The notes: generated by a model from the sequence alone, not told the origin. Shown: positions 1-8,433, counted from the first letter of the stretch. The stretch is 27,487 nucleotides of DNA from a virus (IMGVR_UViG_3300044723_004238:1-27487); one strand, 5' to 3'. Translations and numbers: made by a program.

Positions 1-113
1 TAAGGCGTGGGCAATACTAACCATTAAAAGGTGGCTAAAGCGATGACACTCTTAGAACAACAGGTCTTTGCCGATGTTGGGAAGGCATTGGAAAACTGTA
101 CGCAGAAAGAAAA
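1..113. repeat. Direct terminal repeat, left copy (circular-assembly overlap)
   Basis: 1-113 is identical to 27375-27487, and ORFs read continuously across the junction. Confidence 0.97.
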
Positions 114-282
114 ACTGAACGTTGCCAGTTGGATCGTGCTTTCCTGCCTTCAACGGCCACAAGAAGGTATGACCGCTGCCGATTCATACCTCGACGTAGT
201 TACCCGGCACTGTGGCGATATATTGACACAGGCTCGCGGCAGGCTTTCCCGATACGGTAACGATGGCTATCCGAAACGATAA
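43..282 (+). CDS. Hypothetical early protein (79 aa)
   Basis: ORF-track 31..282. ATG at 43 is preferred because it forms an ATGA overlap with the stop of the ORF spanning the junction (27310-27420). Confidence 0.6.
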   Translation: MTLLEQQVFADVGKALENCTQKEKLNVASWIVLSCLQRPQEGMTAADSYLDVVTRHCGDILTQARGRLSRYGNDGYPKR

Positions 283-300
283 CACGAACAGAGAGAGACA

Positions 301-843
301 ATGGACAACCAAAACCTATTTGATCTGACCCACACGCAACTGGCAGACCTTGCCAACTTGGAGGAACTGCTGGATCAGACAGGCGGCGAGATAACAGAGG
401 ATGCAGAGGCGCTGCTCGACCAGCTCGCACAAGGCGAAGATGATATACTTGCTAAGATGGACCGATACGCCGTGGTCATCGCACAGATAGAGTTAGATGC
501 TGAAGCCTACGAAGCCAAAGCCACGTACCTGCGAGAGCGCATGGACACAATGAAGGCTCGCGCTAACAGCAAGCGCCGTGTGGTGGATGGTCTGAAAGAT
601 CGAATCATGCTGTCGATGAAGATGCTCGGGATGCAGAAGGCAGAGACACCCAACCATGTCAGCGTATCAGTACGCAAGGCGAAGGCTCCGGTGGTCATCG
701 ACGATGAGTCGCTCGTGCCGGACGAGTTTACCAAGATCACGCGCCGCCCAGACAAGACCGCCATCGGCAAGGCGCTCGCTGCGGGTCTGGAATGTGACTT
801 CGCGGCGCTGGGCGAAGGCAAGGAATACGTGGTTCTGCGATAA
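301..843 (+). CDS. Siphovirus Gp157-family / Mu Gam-like protein
   Basis: Acidic N-terminus, long coiled coil, C-terminal 'VVIDDESLVPDEFTKITRRPDKTAIGKALAAG' typical of Gp157. Leader is CAGAGAGAGACA-ATG. Confidence 0.85.
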   Translation: MDNQNLFDLTHTQLADLANLEELLDQTGGEITEDAEALLDQLAQGEDDILAKMDRYAVVIAQIELDAEAYEAKATYLRERMDTMKARANSKRRVVDGLKDRIMLSMKMLGMQKAETPNHVSVSVRKAKAPVVIDDESLVPDEFTKITRRPDKTAIGKALAAGLECDFAALGEGKEYVVLR

Positions 844-1220
844 TGAAAGACCAAGAACACCGCGAGCAGGTGGCGCTGTTTAAGGCGCTAAAACTACAAG
901 AGAGGACCAACCCACTATTCGCCAACGTCTTTGCCATACCCAACGGCGGTCATCGCCATATCAAGGTGGCAGCCAAACTGAAAGCCGAAGGCGTGAAAGC
1001 AGGCATCCCCGACATCTTCGTGGCGGTCCCCAACTCGTACTCAGCGGGACTGTTCATCGAGATGAAGGTTAAGCCGAACAGACCGAGCAAGCACCAGAAG
1101 GCATGGCTTGAAAGGCTCGAGCAGGTAGGCTACGATTGTCTGGTCTGCTACTCGTGGACGGATGCGTACAAGGCAATTCAGGATCACATCAACAACGCCA
1201 CCTCGGATCTTGGTTTGTGA
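843..1220 (+). CDS. VRR-NUC domain nuclease (PD-(D/E)xK, Holliday-junction-resolvase-like)
   Basis: Motifs EHREQ, AIPNGG, GVKAGIPD, FIEMK and 'SKHQKAWLERL'; TAATG overlap with the upstream gene. Confidence 0.9.
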   Translation: MKDQEHREQVALFKALKLQERTNPLFANVFAIPNGGHRHIKVAAKLKAEGVKAGIPDIFVAVPNSYSAGLFIEMKVKPNRPSKHQKAWLERLEQVGYDCLVCYSWTDAYKAIQDHINNATSDLGL

Positions 1221-1307
1221 ATAGATTGTGAAGGGCGTGCATATGTCAAAAAAAACCTCGACCTTCATATCAACAAACGGCGCGAGCCATAACCAACCGA
1301 GAGAGAC
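1212..1307 (+). promoter_or_regulatory. Early promoter/leader cassette, copy A
   Basis: TGTGAA-N5-TGTGAA-N26-CGACCTTCATATCAACAAAC-GGC(GCGA)GCC-ATAACCAACC-GAGAGAGAC; near-identical to 24172-24269 and similar to 25870-25962. Confidence 0.75.
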
Positions 1308-1363
1308 GAGGAAGGGTTTCTCCTTGTCCCATTGTTCTTGTTAACCAGCCTTGAGGTTTAGTC

Positions 1364-1675
1364 ATGGAAACTAACGGTCTTCAAAACGGTCATTCCTACC
1401 ACAAAGAGCGCCGCTCGCAGGAAGGCGGAGTTGCCAGCGTATGCTGGTCAACCAAAGGCCTTGAGATTACCAGACTCAGACTTTTGTCTGACCCTAATTA
1501 TCCAGCGTGGGATGTATCCTACTGCCACGGTATTCTGAACGGTCGTCACGTAGACGTGACTCTTCCGTTCAGCACGCTTCCTAAAAGAGCGTGGAAGACA
1601 GCCCTCTATAAAGAGGCCAGCTCAACTGGCGTCTTTATCAAGGGGCTGTTTTCAGCAGTGTCAACCCTTTGTTGA
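1364..1675 (+). CDS. Hypothetical protein (103 aa)
   Basis: ATG ORF between cassette A and a terminator; no family recognised. Confidence 0.7.
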   Translation: METNGLQNGHSYHKERRSQEGGVASVCWSTKGLEITRLRLLSDPNYPAWDVSYCHGILNGRHVDVTLPFSTLPKRAWKTALYKEASSTGVFIKGLFSAVSTLC

Positions 1676-1704
1676 CACTCAGGCCTGCCCCCGTAAGGCT
1701 TAAG

Positions 1705-1732
1705 AGGACGCCCCGTAAGGCGTCCTTTTTTT
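1705..1732 (+). terminator. Intrinsic terminator ending the early arm
   Basis: AGGACGCC-CCGTAA-GGCGTCCT followed by TTTTTT, at the point where plus- and minus-strand genes converge. Confidence 0.85.
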
Positions 1733-1790
1733 ATGCGGTTAACTTATCGGGCAAAGACAGGTCGTTCGTTACGGGCGATTCTGCGAAGCC

Positions 1791-2645
1791 TCAGAGCGTC
1801 TCCATCGTCTGAAAGACAACTCGGTCTGCCTTCATGTCAAAACTGAACCGAAGCCACCACCCGCCGAGCGGTTTTGGAGGTGCGCCGCGCTCAACGTGCC
1901 AGCCGCCCTGCGTGTTGTACTCCTGCTTGTAGGTAGACACGCAAAGATGGACCTGTGGCTTAAGTGACAATTTCCCGTAGTCGGAAATGGATTCTTTGAC
2001 CAGCTCGACGCGCCACCGTTCGTGGATGTGACCTGTCACCACAATGTCAGCATCGTAGTACTGACGGCGGTTCGTGCCGATGACCCCCTTGGAAACTGGT
2101 CCTCCGCCGCCGCTGCCATGATAATATCGTAGCCAGACGCTGCGCCGCTTGTTCGGTGTGGCGAAGCGGAGTTTGACATAGCCACCATAACCGCCAACCT
2201 GAACGTTAGACCCTGTCTCCTTGTTTAGCCGATAGGCAAAGCGAGCAAGTACGTCCGTTTGGTGATGCTTTATAATCGCGGTTTCGTGGTTGCCATGTCC
2301 GATGACAGCGAACTGGTGGGCGTACGGTTTGAAAAAATCAACCGCCGTGTTCGGAATGTCATCGAAGTATTCCTCGCCCCGGTGGATAGGTCGCAACGCA
2401 TCCGAGGACTTGCGCCTGTCGTACTTGCCTTGCATCAGGCAGAAGAAGTCACCAACGTCGATGACCGGAGCGTTGCGCTCCTTCGCCAGCTCAAGGTGCT
2501 TCTTTTGTAGCGCCCAGTCGGAGTGTTGGTTGTCCCAGTGACGGTCACCCGTCAGGAGTACCCATTGCTCCCAGTCGTTGTTTTGGAACTCATCGTCGAA
2601 CTGTATCTGGTGTGCATCAGGTCCAAGCCGGGAAACGTTCCACAT
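1791..2645 (-). CDS. Calcineurin-like metallophosphoesterase
   Basis: Ordered motifs GDRH (DxH), GDFF, GNHE, YHG, GHIH. Confidence 0.85.
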   Translation of the reverse strand: MWNVSRLGPDAHQIQFDDEFQNNDWEQWVLLTGDRHWDNQHSDWALQKKHLELAKERNAPVIDVGDFFCLMQGKYDRRKSSDALRPIHRGEEYFDDIPNTAVDFFKPYAHQFAVIGHGNHETAIIKHHQTDVLARFAYRLNKETGSNVQVGGYGGYVKLRFATPNKRRSVWLRYYHGSGGGGPVSKGVIGTNRRQYYDADIVVTGHIHERWRVELVKESISDYGKLSLKPQVHLCVSTYKQEYNTQGGWHVERGAPPKPLGGWWLRFSFDMKADRVVFQTMETL

Positions 2646-2657
2646 GGTGTCGCTGGG

Positions 2658-3212
2658 TTATTGAGGCCAAGCGTGGCTCTGGTAGTCATAATGCCTTGCC
2701 GCCACAAGTCCTATGCTTAAAAGGTGCTGTTCAAGAGCATCTGACTCTGCGCGGACAGCCTCGATCCAATCCCACGCCGCCGAGATGCTTGCCAACTCTG
2801 CCTGCTCGTCATCGGTCAGGGGGTTGATGTTCTGCAAGGTAAGAACGCGCATCGTCATGTTGCGCTGCTTCCAGTCAGGGTATCTTTCTTCGATGACGTC
2901 TTTCGCCTTGTTCTTGGCTTTTCTAAAGCGGACCTGCCAAGCATCGTGCATTTCCTCGTCAGTCTTAGCAATGGGTGTTTGCCATACCATCATGTATTCA
3001 TTTCCCTGCTTGACAGGCTCGCCCTGCACGTTGTGATGCGTCAGGTCATGTTCTGGCTTTGGCGTTTCTATAAGAGGGAATATTCCGAGATCAGCATTCT
3101 GGTATCCATGCCAATCTCTGGGGAAAGACACGTTCGGAAATAAGTGCTTCAGCGCCGCTTTTGAAACGGGATGCTGCAAAGTGCCATCGCTATGCTCAAT
3201 CACGAATACCAT
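2658..3212 (-). CDS. Hypothetical protein, possibly tail-fibre assembly chaperone-like
   Basis: Follows the fibre genes; contains 'LFPNVSFP' and a helical C-terminus 'WDWIEAVRAESDALE' of the kind seen in fibre-associated proteins. Confidence 0.55.
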   Translation of the reverse strand: MVFVIEHSDGTLQHPVSKAALKHLFPNVSFPRDWHGYQNADLGIFPLIETPKPEHDLTHHNVQGEPVKQGNEYMMVWQTPIAKTDEEMHDAWQVRFRKAKNKAKDVIEERYPDWKQRNMTMRVLTLQNINPLTDDEQAELASISAAWDWIEAVRAESDALEQHLLSIGLVAARHYDYQSHAWPQ

Positions 3213-3225
3213 TGTAGTCTTTGTT

Positions 3226-4413
3226 TTACTGAATAACTCCTACCTGAAATCCTTGGCCAAGATAAGTAGTGTCCTGTTTACTACCACCGAGGGTCACGGA
3301 TGTTGATCCGGTTAATTCCCACATTGAAAAACCTTGATAAACAAGGGATGCGCAATATATCCACTCGTCATATACGTCAATGTTTTGTACGCCATTGAGT
3401 GCGGAATCGTACTGATCTACACGAACGGTTATCGGTCCGTTACTGTCTGGGTTTGTGAGTATAACCAGAGCATCGTCATCATAAGCGGCTACACAGAATG
3501 CTGCTAAGTCGCCTGTATAATTTGACATATACTCCAATGCTCTTATGCCTCGCGGATCATCAAGAACCCCTGCATTAGTAATCGGCGTGTTAGTAGAAGA
3601 GCCGTTATATGTAAAAGCAACCTTGCCTCCCTCATAAAAACTGACGCAGGACTGATATACGCTGTCTGCATATAACCCTGTACATATATCAATGCCAATT
3701 ATTCTTGATGTGGCGGCGCTTGAGTTTGTCGCATGATCTTCACTCCAAATGAGACTCAAGCCAGCGCGACTTGCACCACTTACTTCGTAACCTCTCACGC
3801 CCCTGTCAATCGGCACAGCAACAAACCCGTCAGTATAACTATCTGAATCGTAACCAGAGGCGGCTGAAATGTAGTTCACTTCGTTTTGTCCAGAAAACTC
3901 TGAAATGCTTACATCACCCAACTCAGTCATGCTTGATGGATCAGATATATCAATCAAGAACATTTGCGGGTTAGTAGCACCAGTAAACCTTTCAAGCGCA
4001 AAAAGACGATCATCGTGCTGCATATTTCTCAGGCACATGGTAATATCAAGCGCACCAGAAGAAGAAAGGTCAAGACTGCCAAGTTCAGTAATGGTGGTAG
4101 GGTCGCTCACATCATAGGCATACACAGATGTATTAATTCCAAAATATACAACCCCGTTAACAACGTGTAGCGGCATATTACAACTGGCTACCCCGGCAGA
4201 TCCGCCCCTGTTAAGCCCATTTATCCGCCCAGACCCACCCTCAACGGCTGATAGGTCGTAAGTTGCGGTTTGTGTAATAGAGGATGGTGTCTGCACATCA
4301 TAAATTGCGATGTATTCCTTTTGCGCCGATACCGTTACAACATGGGTATTGGGCGTGACTGCCGAACCACCGGCTCTTGTCTGCTTTGATGCAAGTGCTT
4401 CGGGCGTGAACAT
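3226..4413 (-). CDS. LVIVD-repeat beta-propeller protein, putative receptor-binding/tail tip protein
   Basis: Repeats IAIYDVQTPSSIT, VYAYDVSDPTTITELG, MFLIDISDPSSMTELG; Ser/Thr/Gly-rich; position in tail module. Confidence 0.65.
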   Translation of the reverse strand: MFTPEALASKQTRAGGSAVTPNTHVVTVSAQKEYIAIYDVQTPSSITQTATYDLSAVEGGSGRINGLNRGGSAGVASCNMPLHVVNGVVYFGINTSVYAYDVSDPTTITELGSLDLSSSGALDITMCLRNMQHDDRLFALERFTGATNPQMFLIDISDPSSMTELGDVSISEFSGQNEVNYISAASGYDSDSYTDGFVAVPIDRGVRGYEVSGASRAGLSLIWSEDHATNSSAATSRIIGIDICTGLYADSVYQSCVSFYEGGKVAFTYNGSSTNTPITNAGVLDDPRGIRALEYMSNYTGDLAAFCVAAYDDDALVILTNPDSNGPITVRVDQYDSALNGVQNIDVYDEWIYCASLVYQGFSMWELTGSTSVTLGGSKQDTTYLGQGFQVGVIQ

Positions 4414-4414
4414 A

Positions 4415-5143
4415 TTACTTGCTGTCTAAGGATGAGGCAATGCCATGCCAAATAGTGCCGCCATCGCGTGTATAGAACACCAATATATCAACGCCAGCAG
4501 CAGTCAGCGTTGGTGCGGTCCCGCCCTCCCAGTCTACGGCAGCAGGAAAGGTTAATGTGTACGCGCCGCCGTTGGTCAACTCAAGAACGAAACTTGTGGC
4601 GTCACCTGATGCGATAGGGTTCGAGAACGTCAGCGTGAGGTTACCGCCAATCGTTGCCGTGTGAACGTTACCGTTTTCAAGGTCAATGGTCGTGGCTGTG
4701 GTGATGCTGCCGTGAGCGTAGACCTCCATCGCATAGTCTTTGACAAGCGGACGCGTTAGCAGGTTATCTTGCAGATTAGCCTCTGCTGCAAAGGTAAGGG
4801 TATTTGACGAGGTGTCAATCGTCTTATTAGTAAGCGTTTGTGTGTCGCTTGTGCCAACAATATCTCCAGATGGAGCAGTTACCGCAGACGTTGCGCCACC
4901 GCTTATCTTTACCAGTCCATCATAAGCAGAAACGTCTGCCTCAAGGCCGCCTTTCTCATGCGTTGTAACAGGCAAAACGGCAGCGTCAATTGTCCCAGTG
5001 ATTTTAGATGCAGGTACTTCTGCGCCGCTACCCTTCAGCAGATTGGCAACCTGTACGCCTTCGTCGTTTGTGCCATCGGTAACGTATAGCCGATCGGTCC
5101 CGTCCGGCGCGGTGTTTTCTGCTAAGTCGTGTACTGTTGCCAT
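4415..5143 (-). CDS. Tail fibre protein
   Basis: 'VGTSDTQTLTNKTI' fibre motif and C-terminal beta-domain 'LTLTFSNP...LELTNGGAYTLTFPAAVDWEGGTAPTLT...DILVFYT'. Confidence 0.7.
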   Translation of the reverse strand: MATVHDLAENTAPDGTDRLYVTDGTNDEGVQVANLLKGSGAEVPASKITGTIDAAVLPVTTHEKGGLEADVSAYDGLVKISGGATSAVTAPSGDIVGTSDTQTLTNKTIDTSSNTLTFAAEANLQDNLLTRPLVKDYAMEVYAHGSITTATTIDLENGNVHTATIGGNLTLTFSNPIASGDATSFVLELTNGGAYTLTFPAAVDWEGGTAPTLTAAGVDILVFYTRDGGTIWHGIASSLDSK

Positions 5144-5146
5144 TGT

Positions 5147-5737
5147 CTATCCCTTTATCGGTGTTGCAATAAGATAGGTGAGTGGGTCGGGTCGAAACCA
5201 CGTGGAATGATCATCTGAGGCTTTTACGTAGTACCAAGAAAGAACGGCGTCTTGGTCTGCCACAACAATCATGTCCACCCACAAAACAGGCTCGTTCGTG
5301 AAAGTCACGTTGTTCGTGCCTTTGATTCCGATGATAAGTGGCTCGTCGCTTGCTCCTGTGAAAGTAGCAATACCCAGAAAAGAGGTAGTGCCAGAAAGTG
5401 TGGCTGTGCTTTTACACACCGATACATACGCCGTAAGACCTGCCCCCAAAGATATGCCTGCTCTCAGAGTATCATCCGTGGTATCGGTAAGGTGTTTTTC
5501 TACCGATAAACAGCCACGGACATGATACATATTGCCTGCGTCAAGCGACAGGGTGGTAACGTAATCAGGTGTTAGGTTTGTCGCACTGGAACCGCTTGTG
5601 TCAAGTTCAAACTTTAGCAGGTCCGTATCGGTGTCTGCTGTGCCGCCATCATCGCCCCGGTTAATGGTAGCGTTCAGCGATTGCCACGCAGTTCGTGCAA
5701 CGGTATCGTCGGTCTGTGGGAATACGGTGGTAGCCAT
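5147..5737 (-). CDS. Minor tail/fibre protein (196 aa), N-terminus paralogous to 5737-6495
   Basis: Start moved to ATG 5737 (TAATG overlap); begins MATTVFPQTDDTVARTAW. Confidence 0.65.
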   Translation of the reverse strand: MATTVFPQTDDTVARTAWQSLNATINRGDDGGTADTDTDLLKFELDTSGSSATNLTPDYVTTLSLDAGNMYHVRGCLSVEKHLTDTTDDTLRAGISLGAGLTAYVSVCKSTATLSGTTSFLGIATFTGASDEPLIIGIKGTNNVTFTNEPVLWVDMIVVADQDAVLSWYYVKASDDHSTWFRPDPLTYLIATPIKG

Positions 5738-6495
5738 TAGCCAAGCAACCTCCGAGCATACAAGAACGAACCCGCCTGTATCGTTGAGTTGCTTGCATCG
5801 CTTACGTTCTGCGCCCACTCTAAGCCAACCGTGCCGCTCGTGCTTGTTGTAACTACGCTTCGAATAATGATTGCCGTGTCGCTTGTGTTCTCAGGAGTAC
5901 CTGCTTCGGCGAAGATTATGCTGTTGCCCTCTTGGTACGAATAGTCAGAAGTACCGAAGCCCTTCAGATCCCACTTCAGGTTGCCTGACCCGGTGCTGAT
6001 CTTTAGCACAAGCAGCAACTCGTAGGTTTCGCCTGTGCCTGCTGTCCAAACGAGCGCGTCATCGTCTTGCAGGGTTGTGCTTGATGCTACTGACTCGTCG
6101 GCTGTCTTGACTTTTGCCACGTTGTAATCGTTGGCGATGTCCTTGAGGTGAGATACTGCCGTGACCCCTGATCCGTCTGTTGTGGCTGTGCCGAGAAAAA
6201 GCGTATCAGCAGGCTGCGTCCCGCTGGTGTTCACCGTGAACGTGCCATCGTCGTTGAGGTAGACGTAGTTGGTAGAACTGGCTGACAGAGCCTCGACCTG
6301 CGTACCGTCTGACACCACCTCAAAGCCATTGACGAAACAAGTACCGGAAGATATATCTACGCTAAGACCTGTACCTGCTGACAGCGCGTACCCATTCACG
6401 CGGTACTCTGTGGCAACCGAGATGGTCTTGTTCGCCGAGGTCCATGCCGCCTCGGTAATTTGATCGCCTGCTTCTGGGAATACTGTGGTAGCCAT
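5737..6495 (-). CDS. Minor tail/baseplate-fibre protein
   Basis: 'GLSVDISSGTCFVNG...NYVYL...LFLGTATTDGSGVTAV' baseplate/fibre-type domain; TAATG coupling at both ends. Confidence 0.7.
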   Translation of the reverse strand: MATTVFPEAGDQITEAAWTSANKTISVATEYRVNGYALSAGTGLSVDISSGTCFVNGFEVVSDGTQVEALSASSTNYVYLNDDGTFTVNTSGTQPADTLFLGTATTDGSGVTAVSHLKDIANDYNVAKVKTADESVASSTTLQDDDALVWTAGTGETYELLLVLKISTGSGNLKWDLKGFGTSDYSYQEGNSIIFAEAGTPENTSDTAIIIRSVVTTSTSGTVGLEWAQNVSDASNSTIQAGSFLYARRLLG

Positions 6496-6938
6496 TATGC
6501 GTCAGCGAAGGTTATAGTCCATGTTACGTTAATGCTCTTGGTCGCATCCTTAACAATAGCAGTTGCCAAGACGGAGCGGCAGAACATAGTGCCACCGGAT
6601 GCCGCGTCGAACATTCCCAACTCGACGATGGTGTTTCCGTTGGCTTCTGCCTTAGAGAAAAACGCCTTGAAGGTAGCGACTGCGCCAGTGGCAAAGTCTG
6701 TGACGATAGCGTTACGATCTACTTCTGCGCCAAGCGCCGTGTCTGTCGTAGCCGCCGCCGTGTCATCTGTGCCGATGCCAATGTGTGACGGAAACGTTGT
6801 CGAGTCCTGCGCCCATACAGCAGCAATCCGAGCCACGCCATTGTTAGTAACAACGTTGTCCTGCTCGTATACGGTCGTGCCTTCGTCGGTAATGACTTCG
6901 ACAGTAACCCGTCCGTGTGGTCGTATGTTATCCGACAT
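6495..6938 (-). CDS. Minor tail/baseplate protein
   Basis: 'NVVTNNG...HIGIGT...DTALGAEVDR...ELGMFDAASGGTMF...K...VTWTITF' pattern of tail-collar/baseplate proteins. Start uncertain (6938, 6947 or 6968). Confidence 0.65.
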   Translation of the reverse strand: MSDNIRPHGRVTVEVITDEGTTVYEQDNVVTNNGVARIAAVWAQDSTTFPSHIGIGTDDTAAATTDTALGAEVDRNAIVTDFATGAVATFKAFFSKAEANGNTIVELGMFDAASGGTMFCRSVLATAIVKDATKSINVTWTITFADA

Positions 6939-8433
6939 GGAATCCATCAATGTATGTGTCTGTGCCATTGACTGTGTAGGCTCCTGTATAGGTCGTTCCT
7001 GTTGCGGTATCGGCTGCGGTTGCGTTGTCCTTCTCGCTGTTTAACAACCGAAGCACTTCATTGTCCCGCACGACAAATTTACGGTCTTGCCGGGTTTTCT
7101 GCTTCCAGTAACTCCACCCGGCAACGGTCTGGGTTGCGGCGGCTGTAACGTCGAAGGATAGTTGCCCGTCATGGCGAAGCGAAGCGCCGATCTTCTCAAT
7201 AAGGAAGTTCGCATCAATACCATGCTGAGGAAGGTCTATGTACTGCGTCTGCCCGGCTTCGATGTTGACCTGATCGGTTGTATATCGGCAGGTTATACGG
7301 GGCTGTGAATACTGGTTGAGAATAGACTGCGCTTTAAGTTCAGCGGCTTCTGCATTGTCTACGTCTGTGGCGTCCACTACTGACACGTACTGACCAAGAC
7401 CGGATTCTATTGCCTCGCGTTGCGAGATGCTTTCGTCGGAAATAGCATTCACAATAATCGGGAATCTTGCCTTGTATGTAATCTTGATTTTGTCCGTTGA
7501 TGAAAGGACAGTACCCGCCGAGTCCTGTGTAATTACTGGTGATCCGCTGTTGTAGTACCAATCGCTGACAGTCCCAATACCATTCACGCCAACTGTTTGG
7601 GCGCTGTATCCGCTGCCTGTATCAACTTCTATTGTTGGTGTTGCGCCTATTTCTGCGCCAACCACGAATGTTATTTTATCACCATCGCCACGTTGCACTT
7701 CAATGGTATCAACTTCGTTAGTCGTTGTACCCGCCCTCAGATATACAACGTTTCTAAAACTGCCGCGAACGGTAGAGAACTCTATCGACTTATAAGGTCT
7801 GTTGGAAGATGTGATTGCAAAAGGTGCAGGAGCGGCTTCAACGGATCGAAAGTTTAGTTTTTTGTCCTTGTCGATATTCCAGAAGAAGCCGCTGATCTCT
7901 GCCAACTCGTCAAAGATCAACTCATAGGACACGTAGTTCCACGGCATATAATCAATATATGCGCCATCATCTATATCCCCGGCGGTTATACCGTAGCCAG
8001 AAAGACCGGGCGAAGATACTGAAGATGAGATCCAACTTCCGGCAGTTTGCGCGGCAGTAGCATCTGCTACAATTTGCCTTCCTGCAATTTCGGAAAAGTC
8101 AACACACCGGTAAGTAAAACGGATAGTCGTGGTCTCGCCTACGGTAATGTCCGTTTCTGAAATGCTTTCAACTGTTCCTCCCCAATAAACAGTCTGCTGC
8201 GCCAGTTCAAGATTCCCGCCGCCTGCCAGTTCGAGATTGCCTCCACCTGCTAACTGCAAAGGTGCGCCGCCATCATCCCAAACAAACACATCCTCTCCCC
8301 ACGTGCATGACGGACTGGTCCCAATCTCCTGAAAGGACAATGTGCCGCGCTGTGTAACGGCATCCTCATACCGGAAAGACTCCTTTACAAAGTCAACACC
8401 CGTACCCGCTTGGTTTTTAATTGCTATTGCCAT
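6928..8433 (-). CDS. Tail tip / baseplate hub (Tal-like) protein
   Basis: Directly follows the tape measure gene; 'FDELAEISGFFWNIDKDKKLNF', 'NVVYLRAG' and 'IEAGQTQYI...FLIEKI' are hub-like motifs. Confidence 0.7.
   Translation of the reverse strand: MAIAIKNQAGTGVDFVKESFRYEDAVTQRGTLSFQEIGTSPSCTWGEDVFVWDDGGAPLQLAGGGNLELAGGGNLELAQQTVYWGGTVESISETDITVGETTTIRFTYRCVDFSEIAGRQIVADATAAQTAGSWISSSVSSPGLSGYGITAGDIDDGAYIDYMPWNYVSYELIFDELAEISGFFWNIDKDKKLNFRSVEAAPAPFAITSSNRPYKSIEFSTVRGSFRNVVYLRAGTTTNEVDTIEVQRGDGDKITFVVGAEIGATPTIEVDTGSGYSAQTVGVNGIGTVSDWYYNSGSPVITQDSAGTVLSSTDKIKITYKARFPIIVNAISDESISQREAIESGLGQYVSVVDATDVDNAEAAELKAQSILNQYSQPRITCRYTTDQVNIEAGQTQYIDLPQHGIDANFLIEKIGASLRHDGQLSFDVTAAATQTVAGWSYWKQKTRQDRKFVVRDNEVLRLLNSEKDNATAADTATGTTYTGAYTVNGTDTYIDGFHVG
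8201..8260. repeat. Degenerate 24-bp tandem repeat encoding LQLAGGGN-LELAGGGN-LELA
   Basis: About 2.5 units inside the hub gene; differences between the two full units are synonymous. Confidence 0.8.

Noticed and set aside
1-113. Physical terminal repeat of the virion DNA
   Set aside because: It falls in mid-operon and cuts through ORFs, so it is most simply an assembler overlap; a PBSX/SPP1-like terminase suggests headful packaging with permuted ends.
5738-5818. Longer N-termini given by the ORF track (5818, 18386, 24109, 25190, 25919, 31)
   Set aside because: These overlap upstream genes or promoter cassettes; downstream ATGs have coupling overlaps or the conserved leader.
2658-6495. Diversity-generating retroelement or invertible tail-fibre switch
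   Set aside because: No reverse transcriptase or invertase seen, and no template/variable repeat pair; the shared N-termini are short and in direct orientation.
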